64,000 bases of DNA from Acidobacteriota bacterium (GTDB taxonomy: Bacteria; Acidobacteriota; UBA6911; RPQK01; JAJDTT01): NCBI GenBank assembly GCA_965217775.1, contig CBDCJH010000002.1:1344001-1408000 (forward strand). The letters run 5' to 3'. Below are positions 16,483 to 25,874 of this stretch, in pieces. A program made the translations under genes and the position numbers. The notes beneath the pieces were generated by a model, which saw nothing but the letters and a program-made list of their open reading frames with translations, had not been told where the DNA came from and ran no database searches. Within the stretch, counting starts at the first letter, position 1. Each line of letters opens with the position of its first letter.

Positions 16483-18570
16483 TCAGACCCCATCCGGAAC
16501 GATCTGGAAGTCCTCAGCCAGACGGTGCCGCTGGGATGCGGCGAAGCGCACCTCCACCACAATTCGATATTTGCCGTGGCCGAGTTGTTGCAGCGGGAGC
16601 CGTGCATTGACGCTGGACGCACTTTCCAATCCCCCAGGAAGGGCCTTCCAAACTCCTTCGTATATCTTCCCCCCCGCGGCGTTCAGAATCAAGATCCTGT
16701 ATTCCCCGTCACCGTCATCGGCGGTTTCCACCTGACCGTGCAGGTAGAGGGTTTCGTGCCGGTGAAAGCGAGCCCCGACCCGGGGAATGAGAACCCGGGC
16801 TCCGATTTCGAGGGGATTGGCGATCTCCGTCACCTGCTTGCCCGTCTTGATCCGGTAGCGGGATTGAGACGCCGATTCCTCCAGCTTTCCGGCCAACACC
16901 AGGGAGCTGGACTGAATTCTCCCGCGCGTCGGAAGGTCCAATCGATGGTCCATTTGGGACAACAGTCCCGACCGGTTGTCCCGGAGCAGCACCCGAAGCA
17001 CGTATCGACCAGGTTCCAGGACCAGAAGGTTCTGGTAGACGAAACGGGTGTCCTTCTCCCCCTCCTGGCGCCGGCGGATCTCCACCCGGTCCCGGAGCCC
17101 GGCCCGAGCCACGTCCTGCAGGTCGCGCGCCAGGATGATCACCTCCAGGTTGAGCCGTCCTGACTCGTCGAAGGACGGGAATTCGGCTCGATCGAATGCC
17201 GCCAGGACGGGAACCCGGTACCGCCCCTCGAAATCGGGGAAGTACTCCGCCGAGATCTCCACCGGGAATTCGATCTTGGGGGCACCCTCCAGGACGGTCT
17301 GGAGCAGCTTGAATTCCTTTTCGGGAGTGCTCAGGGCGGCGTAGGACTTGTCCGCATAGTAACCCTGGCGGTAGGCCAGACGGATCCTGGGGCGGCTGAC
17401 GGTTACCTCGACCTTTCGGAACCGTCCGTCGCTGGGAGGAGTGGGAGCGTAGTAGCCGAGCAGGTAGTAGTGGCTCGAGTCCTCCTGGGCTCTGCGGAAG
17501 ATCTTTCCCAGGTCGTTGTCGTCCAGGAGCACCGCACCGCCGGTTTCGGCGGCCAGGGTGATCAGCCCCTCCCGCGACTGACTGAGCCGGACCAGTTGGT
17601 TGAGGTCCGCTCGGCCCGTGAAGATGCCTTGTCCTCCTCCCGAGCGGTGGGCACCGCCCCCGGGGGCAAGGGCCACCAGTCCCCGGGCGTCGACGGAATA
17701 GATGCTGATATTGGCCCGATTGCAGAGATCGGCGGTCCAGCGGAGCTGGTCGTCGTTCTCGATGCCCCGGCTGGTGAGTCCGGCAGAGAAGTACACCAGG
17801 GCCTTCCGTCCGGGAACGTCGCGGAAGGCATCGGCGATGGCCTGAATGGCGCTGAGCTGATGGTTGCTCTCGAACAGAGCGAATTCGGTCTCGTCGGCCA
17901 GAAACTCCCCGTCGGCGGCCGCATCCGAATCTTCATCCGGCAGCGAGACGTCGGTTTCCCGATCCTGTTGGGAGAGGCGTCCCAGAGCCTGGGACAATTC
18001 CCTGGAATCGGACGTGAAATCCACCAGAAGCTCGAGTCCCTGGTCGTATGCCAGGACGGCAACGGCGTCTTGCGGCGTCATTTCCCGGTCCAGGAATCGG
18101 AGAGCCGACTCGCGCATCATCCGCGAGTCCTGGATGTTGGCGTTGGAGAAGTTGAAGAGGAGGATCAGGTATCGCTTCTCCGGCGTGGCCGGAAAGTCCG
18201 ACTCCGGTTCGGAAGTAACTGTCGTCGGAGGAGGCTCGGGCAGGCCCCGGCGGACGGTGACGCGCTCGCTGGTGAGCGGCAGGAAGACTTCTTGGAAGTA
18301 CCCGATCTTCTGGGAGATTCCCTCCTCAAGAAGGGTAAAATCCTCCGATTTCAGATCCCGGACGGGCCGGCCCTCGGAATCCCGGACCTGGACGTCCACC
18401 AGAATCAGGTTGGTCCTCACGCGGAAGCGGACGGGGGAGTCCTGGCTCCACAGGCAGTGCCAAGCCAAAACGCAGACCATGGCGGAAGAAACCATCCGGG
18501 CCGGGTGCCGGGCTTTGGGCGCGGGCCGTCTCGGAAGATCCCTGTTTCCAGTTCTGGCAAGTAGCTTCAT
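16483..18570 (-). CDS. VWA-domain protein of the Acidobacterial (TIGR03436-like) type
   Basis: 'FRVRTNLILVDVQVRDSEGRPVRDLKSEDFTLLE', 'PGRKALVYFSAG', 'LAAETGG', 'YYLLGY...DGRFRKVEV'; start uncertain. Confidence 0.85.
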   Translation of the reverse strand: MKLLARTGNRDLPRRPAPKARHPARMVSSAMVCVLAWHCLWSQDSPVRFRVRTNLILVDVQVRDSEGRPVRDLKSEDFTLLEEGISQKIGYFQEVFLPLTSERVTVRRGLPEPPPTTVTSEPESDFPATPEKRYLILLFNFSNANIQDSRMMRESALRFLDREMTPQDAVAVLAYDQGLELLVDFTSDSRELSQALGRLSQQDRETDVSLPDEDSDAAADGEFLADETEFALFESNHQLSAIQAIADAFRDVPGRKALVYFSAGLTSRGIENDDQLRWTADLCNRANISIYSVDARGLVALAPGGGAHRSGGGQGIFTGRADLNQLVRLSQSREGLITLAAETGGAVLLDDNDLGKIFRRAQEDSSHYYLLGYYAPTPPSDGRFRKVEVTVSRPRIRLAYRQGYYADKSYAALSTPEKEFKLLQTVLEGAPKIEFPVEISAEYFPDFEGRYRVPVLAAFDRAEFPSFDESGRLNLEVIILARDLQDVARAGLRDRVEIRRRQEGEKDTRFVYQNLLVLEPGRYVLRVLLRDNRSGLLSQMDHRLDLPTRGRIQSSSLVLAGKLEESASQSRYRIKTGKQVTEIANPLEIGARVLIPRVGARFHRHETLYLHGQVETADDGDGEYRILILNAAGGKIYEGVWKALPGGLESASSVNARLPLQQLGHGKYRIVVEVRFAASQRHRLAEDFQIVPDGV

Positions 18571-18591
18571 GGACACTCGGGGACCTCGGCG

Positions 18592-21500
18592 TCAGAACAT
18601 GAATCTCAGGCGCAACTGGATCCGCCGCATCTCGGAGACCGATGTGATCTGTCCGAACCCGCGGGAGTTCACGATGGTGTTCAATCCAGTGTAGTTGACA
18701 TGATTCAAGAGGTTGGTGGCCTCGGCCTGCAGGATCAGCCGCATTCCTTCGCCTCCCAGCGGGATGGACCGCGCCAGGTTCAAGTCGATGGTCCAGGATC
18801 CCGGACCCTGGATGGTGTTGCGGCCCGCGTCCCCAAAACTCCCCGGATCGGGGAGACGGAATGCCGCGGTATTGAACCAGGCTCCGGTGGAGCGTTGGGA
18901 AGCGGGCAGCATGACGGAAAGTCCGGTCACGCTGGCCCGCTCACTGGCCTGGGAGGCGCTGCCGCTGTTGTTGATCTGATTGCCCAGCACACGGGCTGTC
19001 AGGAAGCGGCCGCTGTTGACCGTGAGACTCGTGTTCAGAAACCAGTTGCTGAAGATGGAACTGAGGATTCCCCGGTCCCGGAGCCAACGGTGGCGGTCTC
19101 CGAAGGGGAGCTCATAGAAACCGCCCAGCCGCAGGCTGTGGCGCCGGTCCAAGTTGGAGGGTCCCCACTCCGATCGCAAATCGTCGTCGTTCTGGGCCAC
19201 CACCCGTCCTCCCCCTGAGAGCGTGGCCGCGTTGTCCAGCGACTTGCCGTACTCGTAGCGGAGGTTCAGCCTGAAGCCGGATCGGACCCGTCTCACCGCC
19301 AACACCTGGAGGCCGTGGAAATAGGAGGAGGCCCCCGGAGTCAGGAACAGGAACTGGGCCGTGTCGCTGATCCGCAGGATTCCTTCCCGGAGCCGGTTGG
19401 GGGCTCGCAGCAGTTCCAGACCCGTCCCCCGGGAGCCGGCATATCCCAGGCTGAGGAAGAAGTTGCGGGGGAGCGACTGCTGCAAAGACAGGTTCCAGGT
19501 TTGCACCGTGGCCAACCGGAAGTGGGGGTCCACAGCGTAGGTGTTGGGGACTTCCTCCTCGAGATTTTCGGAAAACGCCGATTCGATGGGGAGAAAATCT
19601 TGTCCGGCCACCGTTTCTTGAATCGCGAATCCGAAGGGGGGCTGCGAGATCAGCTCTCCGGCCAGGGCGGTGTAGGACTCCTGGGGATGGAAGACTCCGT
19701 AATTGGCCCGGAGAACAGACGCCGTTCGGCCGGATCTGAGGCGGAGGGCCAGCGCGACTCGCGGGGCCAGGTTGTTGCGGTCGTCCCGGATCAGCGCTCG
19801 CGGAACGATTCCCGAATAGGGTCCCTGGCTTCCTGGAAATACGGTCGCCGCCGCCTGGAACCCGGGGGCCACGTCCAGATTGGCCATCCGGTCGTACAAT
19901 TCTTCCCAGGGCGCCACGTATTCGTAGCGGAGACCCCACTGGAGGGTGAGCCTGGAGTGAATCCTCCAGTTGTCGTTGATGAAGAGGGAGTATTCCGGCG
20001 CCCTCAGGTAGTGGTCGCTGTTGCCATATTGAATCCGGCTGCTCTGGGCCCGGCCGAGCAGGAAGTCGGCAAAGTCGTATCCGGTCCCCGCCACGGGCCG
20101 GCCCGAACCATAGGCGCTGGTGGCAACTCCGGCGAAGACCTGGACCCCCGCGCCTTCCGGGTTGCCCAACTGATTCCGCCGGTTCCAGGCCATCTCCCCG
20201 CCGATACGGAAATGGTGTCCCGCAAAGGTCAACTGGAGAGAGTCGCTCACCGAATGGGTCTCCCGGACGTTCACGAAGGAGCTGCCGTCGGAAAGGGACG
20301 TGTAATTCGTGAATTGAATCTGGGGGAGCCCGAAGTCGATGGGAGCCGTCGACGTGTTCCGGATGCCCAGATCGGAGCTCACGTTGGTTTGAAAGGCGAA
20401 GGGGTTGAGCCGTCGGCTCCGGTTCCGGTTCCAGCGGACGCGCACATTGTGCAGAAGCCCTCCGGCGGTGGTCTGGACCAGGTTCAGGGACAGGTTCTGC
20501 CCCCGTTCGCTGCGTTGTCCGTAAAGCGCCGGAAAGGTGTTGAATTCATCGCGATCGTTGCGGTTGAAGCTGTAGCCTCCCAGCAGTCGCAGGGAGTCGG
20601 AAAGGGAGTGGAAGATCCGGGAATTCAGCCGGTTTCCGGCAATGCCCAAGGGTTCCAGGTTCAAGTAGTTGAGGTAGGGATCGGAACGGTTGGGGAGGGG
20701 AAAGAAGGCGAGCAGGGATTGGGAAACGGGATTGAGCCGGCCGCTGGGAAGCGATGCCCCCCCGTAGGCTTGACCGCTGGAGGGATCGAATATTCGGACC
20801 GGTTCGCCGGCCAGAGGGCCGGATCGATAGGTGGTTTGGGAGAAGTCGCCTTGCCGTTCCGCGGCTGTGGGAACCGATGCGTATTGGGTTCGCAGTTCAT
20901 CTCCCCAGTTGGTGTTGAAGTCGACGAAAAAAAAGGAACGGCGGCGGCCGAAGAAGGATCCCCTCGACGAGTTGTCCTGCCGGGTCAGTGGGCCGCCTGC
21001 GGACACACCCGTGTTCCACGAAATATAGTCCGGATCCGGCGTTTCTCCCCCGTCCAGCGAATAGGGTTTCGCATCCAGCGCCGAGCCGGAGAATCCCATG
21101 GTAACGGCGCCCTGAACCCGATTCACTCGGCCACCGGCGATCCGGGCTCCCCGGAACCCGCCTCGTCCACCGCGCCCCCCGCGGCCCATGACGGCGCCCA
21201 TGATCTGACTCTCGCTGGCGCCGAATCCGCCTCCCTGGCGGAGTGACGCGCCTTGGATCAGCACCTCTTCCCTGGTCTCCTCCAGAGTCCTCTCCTGGGC
21301 CCCGACGCCCTGTTGAGCACCGATACGGATTTCTTCGAAGGGATCGTCGTCGAAGGAATTCTGGCGTCGCTGGCCGCGTTGTCTGGTCGGGGCAGGTCTG
21401 GCCTCGCCCTGGAAGAAGTCCTTCTCGAACTCCAGGCCCCATTGGTACCCCTTCCACGACTGGGAAGTTTCGAGCTCGATTCCTCCTCCGAAACCCATTC

Positions 21501-22221
21501 TGGCGCCGCCGCCTCGACCTCCGGGGCGATCCCCTCTACCAAAACCACCCCCGCGACCGAACCCGCCCATGGTGACTGTGGCTGTCTGAGATCGGGGCAC
21601 GGTGATCCCCTGGTTGGGGTCAGGAGCCAGATCCAGAGTCAGGCGGGCGTCGCTGATGAAGACGCCGGCCGAGAAACGCATCCGGACCCGTAACGGCATG
21701 GAAGTCTCCGGGTCGATCCAGATGCGGGCCTCCCGAACCTTCAACCCACGGATCTTTGGCTCCGTTTTCACCTCCACGGCCCGCCGCTCGTCGATCTGCG
21801 CCGGACCGATGACCTTCGCCTTCCTGAGGAAGTCCCGAGAGGTCAGAATGTCGAGCCCCTCCAGCGGACCGAGCGCATTCATGAAACGTCTGCCCCGGCC
21901 GCGGCGCGACGAGGGGTCCATGGGTCGACCATTGCGGCTCAGGCTCAAGATCTCTTTCTTGAACTCCTCCGTGCCGCCCAGGTAGTGGCGTTCCCGGGAA
22001 TCGAACCGCTGGTTTCCGAAGGGCGTGTTGGCTACGGTCCGGTTTTCAACCTCCACCGAATAACCCGATAGCAGCTCCTTTCTGAGCTCAAGCACACGAG
22101 CGAGGCGCTGCAGGAGGTCCGGGTCGGGAGCTCCGGAGCAGGGAATCAGGCAGAGCAGCGACGCCACCGCCGGAATGATCCAACGGTGGCGCCGCTTCCG
22201 GGGGGAAAGGTGTCGCATCAA
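18592..22221 (-). CDS. TonB-dependent-receptor-like barrel with an N-terminal LolA-like domain and RGG-rich linkers
   Basis: Barrel motifs 'SVPTAAERQGDFS', 'DRNNLAPRV', 'FGDAGRN..GPG', 'RRIQLRLRFMF'; N-terminal part 'ARIWIDPETSMPLR' is LolA-like. Confidence 0.8.
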   Translation of the reverse strand: MMRHLSPRKRRHRWIIPAVASLLCLIPCSGAPDPDLLQRLARVLELRKELLSGYSVEVENRTVANTPFGNQRFDSRERHYLGGTEEFKKEILSLSRNGRPMDPSSRRGRGRRFMNALGPLEGLDILTSRDFLRKAKVIGPAQIDERRAVEVKTEPKIRGLKVREARIWIDPETSMPLRVRMRFSAGVFISDARLTLDLAPDPNQGITVPRSQTATVTMGGFGRGGGFGRGDRPGGRGGGARMGFGGGIELETSQSWKGYQWGLEFEKDFFQGEARPAPTRQRGQRRQNSFDDDPFEEIRIGAQQGVGAQERTLEETREEVLIQGASLRQGGGFGASESQIMGAVMGRGGRGGRGGFRGARIAGGRVNRVQGAVTMGFSGSALDAKPYSLDGGETPDPDYISWNTGVSAGGPLTRQDNSSRGSFFGRRRSFFFVDFNTNWGDELRTQYASVPTAAERQGDFSQTTYRSGPLAGEPVRIFDPSSGQAYGGASLPSGRLNPVSQSLLAFFPLPNRSDPYLNYLNLEPLGIAGNRLNSRIFHSLSDSLRLLGGYSFNRNDRDEFNTFPALYGQRSERGQNLSLNLVQTTAGGLLHNVRVRWNRNRSRRLNPFAFQTNVSSDLGIRNTSTAPIDFGLPQIQFTNYTSLSDGSSFVNVRETHSVSDSLQLTFAGHHFRIGGEMAWNRRNQLGNPEGAGVQVFAGVATSAYGSGRPVAGTGYDFADFLLGRAQSSRIQYGNSDHYLRAPEYSLFINDNWRIHSRLTLQWGLRYEYVAPWEELYDRMANLDVAPGFQAAATVFPGSQGPYSGIVPRALIRDDRNNLAPRVALALRLRSGRTASVLRANYGVFHPQESYTALAGELISQPPFGFAIQETVAGQDFLPIESAFSENLEEEVPNTYAVDPHFRLATVQTWNLSLQQSLPRNFFLSLGYAGSRGTGLELLRAPNRLREGILRISDTAQFLFLTPGASSYFHGLQVLAVRRVRSGFRLNLRYEYGKSLDNAATLSGGGRVVAQNDDDLRSEWGPSNLDRRHSLRLGGFYELPFGDRHRWLRDRGILSSIFSNWFLNTSLTVNSGRFLTARVLGNQINNSGSASQASERASVTGLSVMLPASQRSTGAWFNTAAFRLPDPGSFGDAGRNTIQGPGSWTIDLNLARSIPLGGEGMRLILQAEATNLLNHVNYTGLNTIVNSRGFGQITSVSEMRRIQLRLRFMF

Positions 22222-22841
22222 TCCTTCTCGTAGACCAGTGTATGGTCCATGTCACCTCGGGGCGTCCTCAGCGTCACCGACGCGGTCAGGGTCTTGCCGT
22301 CATCCGCAAGGGTCCACCGGGTCTTCTGCTCGATCCTGAAGCTGCCCCGGGGAGTCTCCCGCTCCTGAATCTGTTTGACTTCCAGTTTGGAGCCCTTCCA
22401 TTTGGCCTCTATGGTTCCGGTGCCCCAGGGGGAGGAGACTTCCTGCGCTCCGGCGCCGGGCTTGAGGGTGATTTCCCTGGAGCCGCCTCGTCCTCCCTCC
22501 TGGACGACGATCAGAGTATCGCCATCCTGGCGCACCGAGATCCGAGAAGGCATCATTCCGCCGCCCCGACCGCCGCCGCGCCGGCCACCCCGAAAACCAC
22601 GATCTCGATCACCGTCGCGCCGACCGCCCCCGCCGCGGCCACCGCCACGAAATCCGCCGTCTCGCCCGCCGCCGCGGCCTCCCCCTCCGCCGCGGCCGAA
22701 ACGGGGCATCTCACTCTTGTCCTCGTTCAGGGTCCAGTCGCCCGAGAGGTTCGGGGTCTCCTCGGCGCGGGAATAAGTCCCCGCCCAGATCAGTACCAGA
22801 ACCGCAGCGAACAATGGAATAATCTGTCCCTGTCGTGACAT
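22218..22841 (-). CDS. Secreted lipocalin-like beta-barrel protein with RGG-rich insert
   Basis: Signal peptide, 'PNLSGDWTLNEDKS', long GGRGG tract, 'WTLADDGKTLT...LVYEK'; GGAGG RBS. Confidence 0.75.
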   Translation of the reverse strand: MSRQGQIIPLFAAVLVLIWAGTYSRAEETPNLSGDWTLNEDKSEMPRFGRGGGGGRGGGRDGGFRGGGRGGGGRRDGDRDRGFRGGRRGGGRGGGMMPSRISVRQDGDTLIVVQEGGRGGSREITLKPGAGAQEVSSPWGTGTIEAKWKGSKLEVKQIQERETPRGSFRIEQKTRWTLADDGKTLTASVTLRTPRGDMDHTLVYEKD

Positions 22842-22904
22842 ATCGTATTTACCTCCGGTTGCCGTCTGTTCCCGTGGTTGTCTCAGTCGCTGTCACCGAT
22901 TCAT

Positions 22905-22929
22905 TACGGGAGCGGGTCCCCTTTGTTTC
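22905..22929 (-). promoter_or_regulatory. Putative ECF-sigma promoter GAAAC-N16-CGTA
   Basis: Minus strand reads GAAAC aaaggggacccgctcc CGTA, 64 bp upstream of the 22841 start; matches the SigW-type consensus. Confidence 0.55.
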
Positions 22930-22993
22930 GTTCCGAGGCGTCTCCACCGGTTTGACCGGTTCCGGGGGCCGGTGTTATTAGAGAGCCGCGCTC

Positions 22994-25330
22994 ATGACCC
23001 CGGAAATCGGTTTTCTCTTTGTGCTTCTGGCGGTCATGGCCTACCTGTTCCTGACCGAAAAGCTTCCTGTCGATCTGACGGCCTTCCTGGGCCTCGTGGT
23101 CCTCACGTTGGTGGGATACGTGACGCCGGCAGACGCTTTCACCGGATTCTCGTCTCCGGCGGTGATTACCATGATGTCGGTCTTCATCGTCAGTGCTGCG
23201 CTCTTGCACACCGGCGTGGCCGATCGTGCCGGGGGGTTCATCTATACGCTCGTTGGGAGCCGGGAGATTCCCCTTACCGTGATCCTGATGGCGATTGCGG
23301 GATTGCTTTCCGCGTTCATGAACAACATAGCGGCGACGGCGGTTCTCATGCCGGCCGTCGGCAGCATCGCCTACCGGAGCGGGATTCCTCCTTCCAGACT
23401 CTTCATGCCTCTCGCCTTCGGGGCCATATTGGGAGGAACCACGACCTTGGTCGGTACGCCTCCCAATATCCTTGCCGGGACCATAATGCGGGAACGGGGC
23501 CTGGAGCCCTTCGGGCTGTTCGACTTCACTCCCGTCGGCTTGGCTCTTCTGGCGGCCGGCATCCTGTTCATGGTGACCCTGGGCCGAAAGTTGCTGCCCC
23601 GGCGCGAAATGGGACCCGTCACCAGCGAGTCGTCTCATCTGTCCCAGGTCTATCAATTGCACGAACGGTTGTTCTCAGTCCGGATTCCTCCCCAATCCCG
23701 GCTGGATGGAATCTCTCTGGGAGAGTCACGACTGGGGACCGCCCTGGGGATCCAGGTCGTCGCCATATTGCGGGGCGGCAGGAAACGGCTGGCCCCGGAA
23801 CCGGCCACGTTCCTAAGGGGTGGGGACATGCTGCTGGTGGAGGGAAACCGGTCGGATCTGCAAGATCTGATGAAAGTCCGGGACTTGAAAATTCAGCAGA
23901 CCACGGCAGGCCAGTTGCCGCGGCCGGTCAAGGGGGTGACGGGGGTTCGGCTCCGTTTGTCGGACGATTCTGACCTGCTGGGACGGAATCTGCGGGATGT
24001 ACGTTTCCGGAAACGCTTCGATGCCGTCGTGGTGGCCATCCATCGGGGTGACGAATATCTGAAGGATGACCTGGCGAGAAGGACGCTGCGGAAAGACGAC
24101 GAGTTGTTGGCGCTGGGGGCTCGTGCCCGGCTGGAGAGACTGCGGTCCCGGAATGCCCTGCGGGTGAAGGAAGTGGGATTGTCCGTGCTGAGGAACGTAT
24201 GGGATCACCTCTCTGTGATCCGGGTTTCCAAGGGATCCGCCTTGGTAGGCTCAACGGTCGGCAATAGCCGGATCGGCGAGTTGGCGGGTGTCACCGTGGG
24301 CGCCATCATCCGTGGAGGCATGACCCATTTGGGGGTGTTCGCAGATGCTGAGATCCGGGAAGGCGACGGGTTGTTGGTTTCGGGGAATGCGGAGGAGATC
24401 GTGCGCCGTCTCGGGACGGGAGATGTGGAACTCAATCCGGGTGTCGGAGGAATCTCCCTTGAAACGGACGACGTGGGTCTCGCCGAAGCCGCACTCGCGC
24501 CGCGCTCGTCTCTGGTGGGCCGCACCCTCAAGGAAGTGAAGTTCCGGGATCGATTCGGCCTTCAGATCCTGGCCGTCTGGCGAGAAGGCCGGCCCATCCA
24601 TTCGGGATTGGCGGATCTTGCCTTCCGTTTCGGAGATGCGGTGCTGCTGCAAGGACCCTGGGACCGGATTCGAAATCTTGGGCTGGACCCCGACCTGGTC
24701 CTCTTCTCGAGAATAGAACGCCGTCCTCGGCGAACTCACAAGGCGCCGTACGCCTTGGCGGGGTTGTTGGTGATGGTGGCCATGGTGGTCAGCGGCTTCC
24801 AGCCCATCCACGTCGCGGCGTTTACGGCGGCGAGCCTGGTTCTTCTGTTCGGAACCCTGACCATGGAGGAGGCCTACCGCGCCATCGAGTGGAGAGCGAT
24901 CTTTCTGGTGGCGGCGGTATTGGCGTTCGGATCCGCTATGGAGCACACGGGGGCAGCGTTATTGCTGGCCAATACCGTAACCGGATTGGCGGGTCCCTGG
25001 GGTGAATATGGGGTCCTGGCCACGTTGGTGTTGCTGACGAGCCTGATGAGCCAGGGCCTCGACGGCGCTCCCGCGGTGGTGCTGCTGGCGCCGGTCGCTT
25101 TGAATGCGGGCGCCCAACTGGGGCTTGACCCGCATACGGTCATGATGAGCGTCAGTCTGGCCGCATCGGCTGCTTTCATGACGCCGTTCAGCCACAAGGC
25201 AAACCTCCTGGTGATGGGAGCAGGCGGCTATCGAACCATCGACTACATCCGGGTCGGTACGCCACTGACCGTGGTGATTCTGATTCTTTTGGTTCTCCTG
25301 GTACCGATCTTCTCTCCCCAGGGGTTGTAA
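22994..25330 (+). CDS. SLC13/CitMHS-family permease with TrkA-C (RCK_C) domains
   Basis: 'SAFMNNIAATA', 'GGTTTLVGTPPNI', repeated TrkA-C segments, 'AFMTPFSHKANLLVMGAGGY'. Confidence 0.9.
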   Translation: MTPEIGFLFVLLAVMAYLFLTEKLPVDLTAFLGLVVLTLVGYVTPADAFTGFSSPAVITMMSVFIVSAALLHTGVADRAGGFIYTLVGSREIPLTVILMAIAGLLSAFMNNIAATAVLMPAVGSIAYRSGIPPSRLFMPLAFGAILGGTTTLVGTPPNILAGTIMRERGLEPFGLFDFTPVGLALLAAGILFMVTLGRKLLPRREMGPVTSESSHLSQVYQLHERLFSVRIPPQSRLDGISLGESRLGTALGIQVVAILRGGRKRLAPEPATFLRGGDMLLVEGNRSDLQDLMKVRDLKIQQTTAGQLPRPVKGVTGVRLRLSDDSDLLGRNLRDVRFRKRFDAVVVAIHRGDEYLKDDLARRTLRKDDELLALGARARLERLRSRNALRVKEVGLSVLRNVWDHLSVIRVSKGSALVGSTVGNSRIGELAGVTVGAIIRGGMTHLGVFADAEIREGDGLLVSGNAEEIVRRLGTGDVELNPGVGGISLETDDVGLAEAALAPRSSLVGRTLKEVKFRDRFGLQILAVWREGRPIHSGLADLAFRFGDAVLLQGPWDRIRNLGLDPDLVLFSRIERRPRRTHKAPYALAGLLVMVAMVVSGFQPIHVAAFTAASLVLLFGTLTMEEAYRAIEWRAIFLVAAVLAFGSAMEHTGAALLLANTVTGLAGPWGEYGVLATLVLLTSLMSQGLDGAPAVVLLAPVALNAGAQLGLDPHTVMMSVSLAASAAFMTPFSHKANLLVMGAGGYRTIDYIRVGTPLTVVILILLVLLVPIFSPQGL

Positions 25331-25334
25331 AAGG

Positions 25335-25874
25335 ATGTCCGATAGAGATTCGCGAACTCGATTGACGTGGCTGCTCCTGGCTCTGCTCACCACGCTGAGC
25401 CTGGTCCTGGGAACTCTCATTCTGAACGGCGCCAGGAGCCATTGGGGACCCATTGATCATCCTCAGTTCCCGACCATGCAACGCAGCGGCTGGAGTTGGG
25501 AGAACGATGATCCTCTCTTGGCCGGTGTCTGGCTGGCCGGGACGCTGCAGATCGCCGTGTATCTCTGCCTCCTGGGTCTGGGTCTGGCGGGACGAAAGGG
25601 ATTGGGCCCGCTACGGGTTCCCCTGTTGCTGGGAGGCCTCCTTCACGCCGGAATCTTTTCCTGGATGATTCTGGCCCACCTCTTTCCGATCGCCCCTTCT
25701 CTCTGGTCCTTCCCGCCGCCCACGGTGGTGATGGTGTTCTTCCTCTGGATTCTGCCCCCCTTCTATTTCGTGATCCTGTACGTCGTGGCCTTCGACCGGT
25801 GGATCCTGAACCATGAGAGTCGCCGGCGCTTTCGGGAACTCCTCCATTCCCGGAGAGGGAAGGGATCGGAGTGA
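25335..25874 (+). CDS. Hypothetical 4-TM membrane protein (possible SSS partner subunit)
   Basis: Four hydrophobic segments; stop overlaps the symporter start. Confidence 0.6.
   Translation: MSDRDSRTRLTWLLLALLTTLSLVLGTLILNGARSHWGPIDHPQFPTMQRSGWSWENDDPLLAGVWLAGTLQIAVYLCLLGLGLAGRKGLGPLRVPLLLGGLLHAGIFSWMILAHLFPIAPSLWSFPPPTVVMVFFLWILPPFYFVILYVVAFDRWILNHESRRRFRELLHSRRGKGSE

Noticed and set aside
19315-21246. 643-aa + strand ORF and similar long antisense ORFs (291-1508, 25763-27229, 50749-52128, 56249-57502)
   Set aside because: Expected stop-poor shadows of real genes in high-GC DNA.
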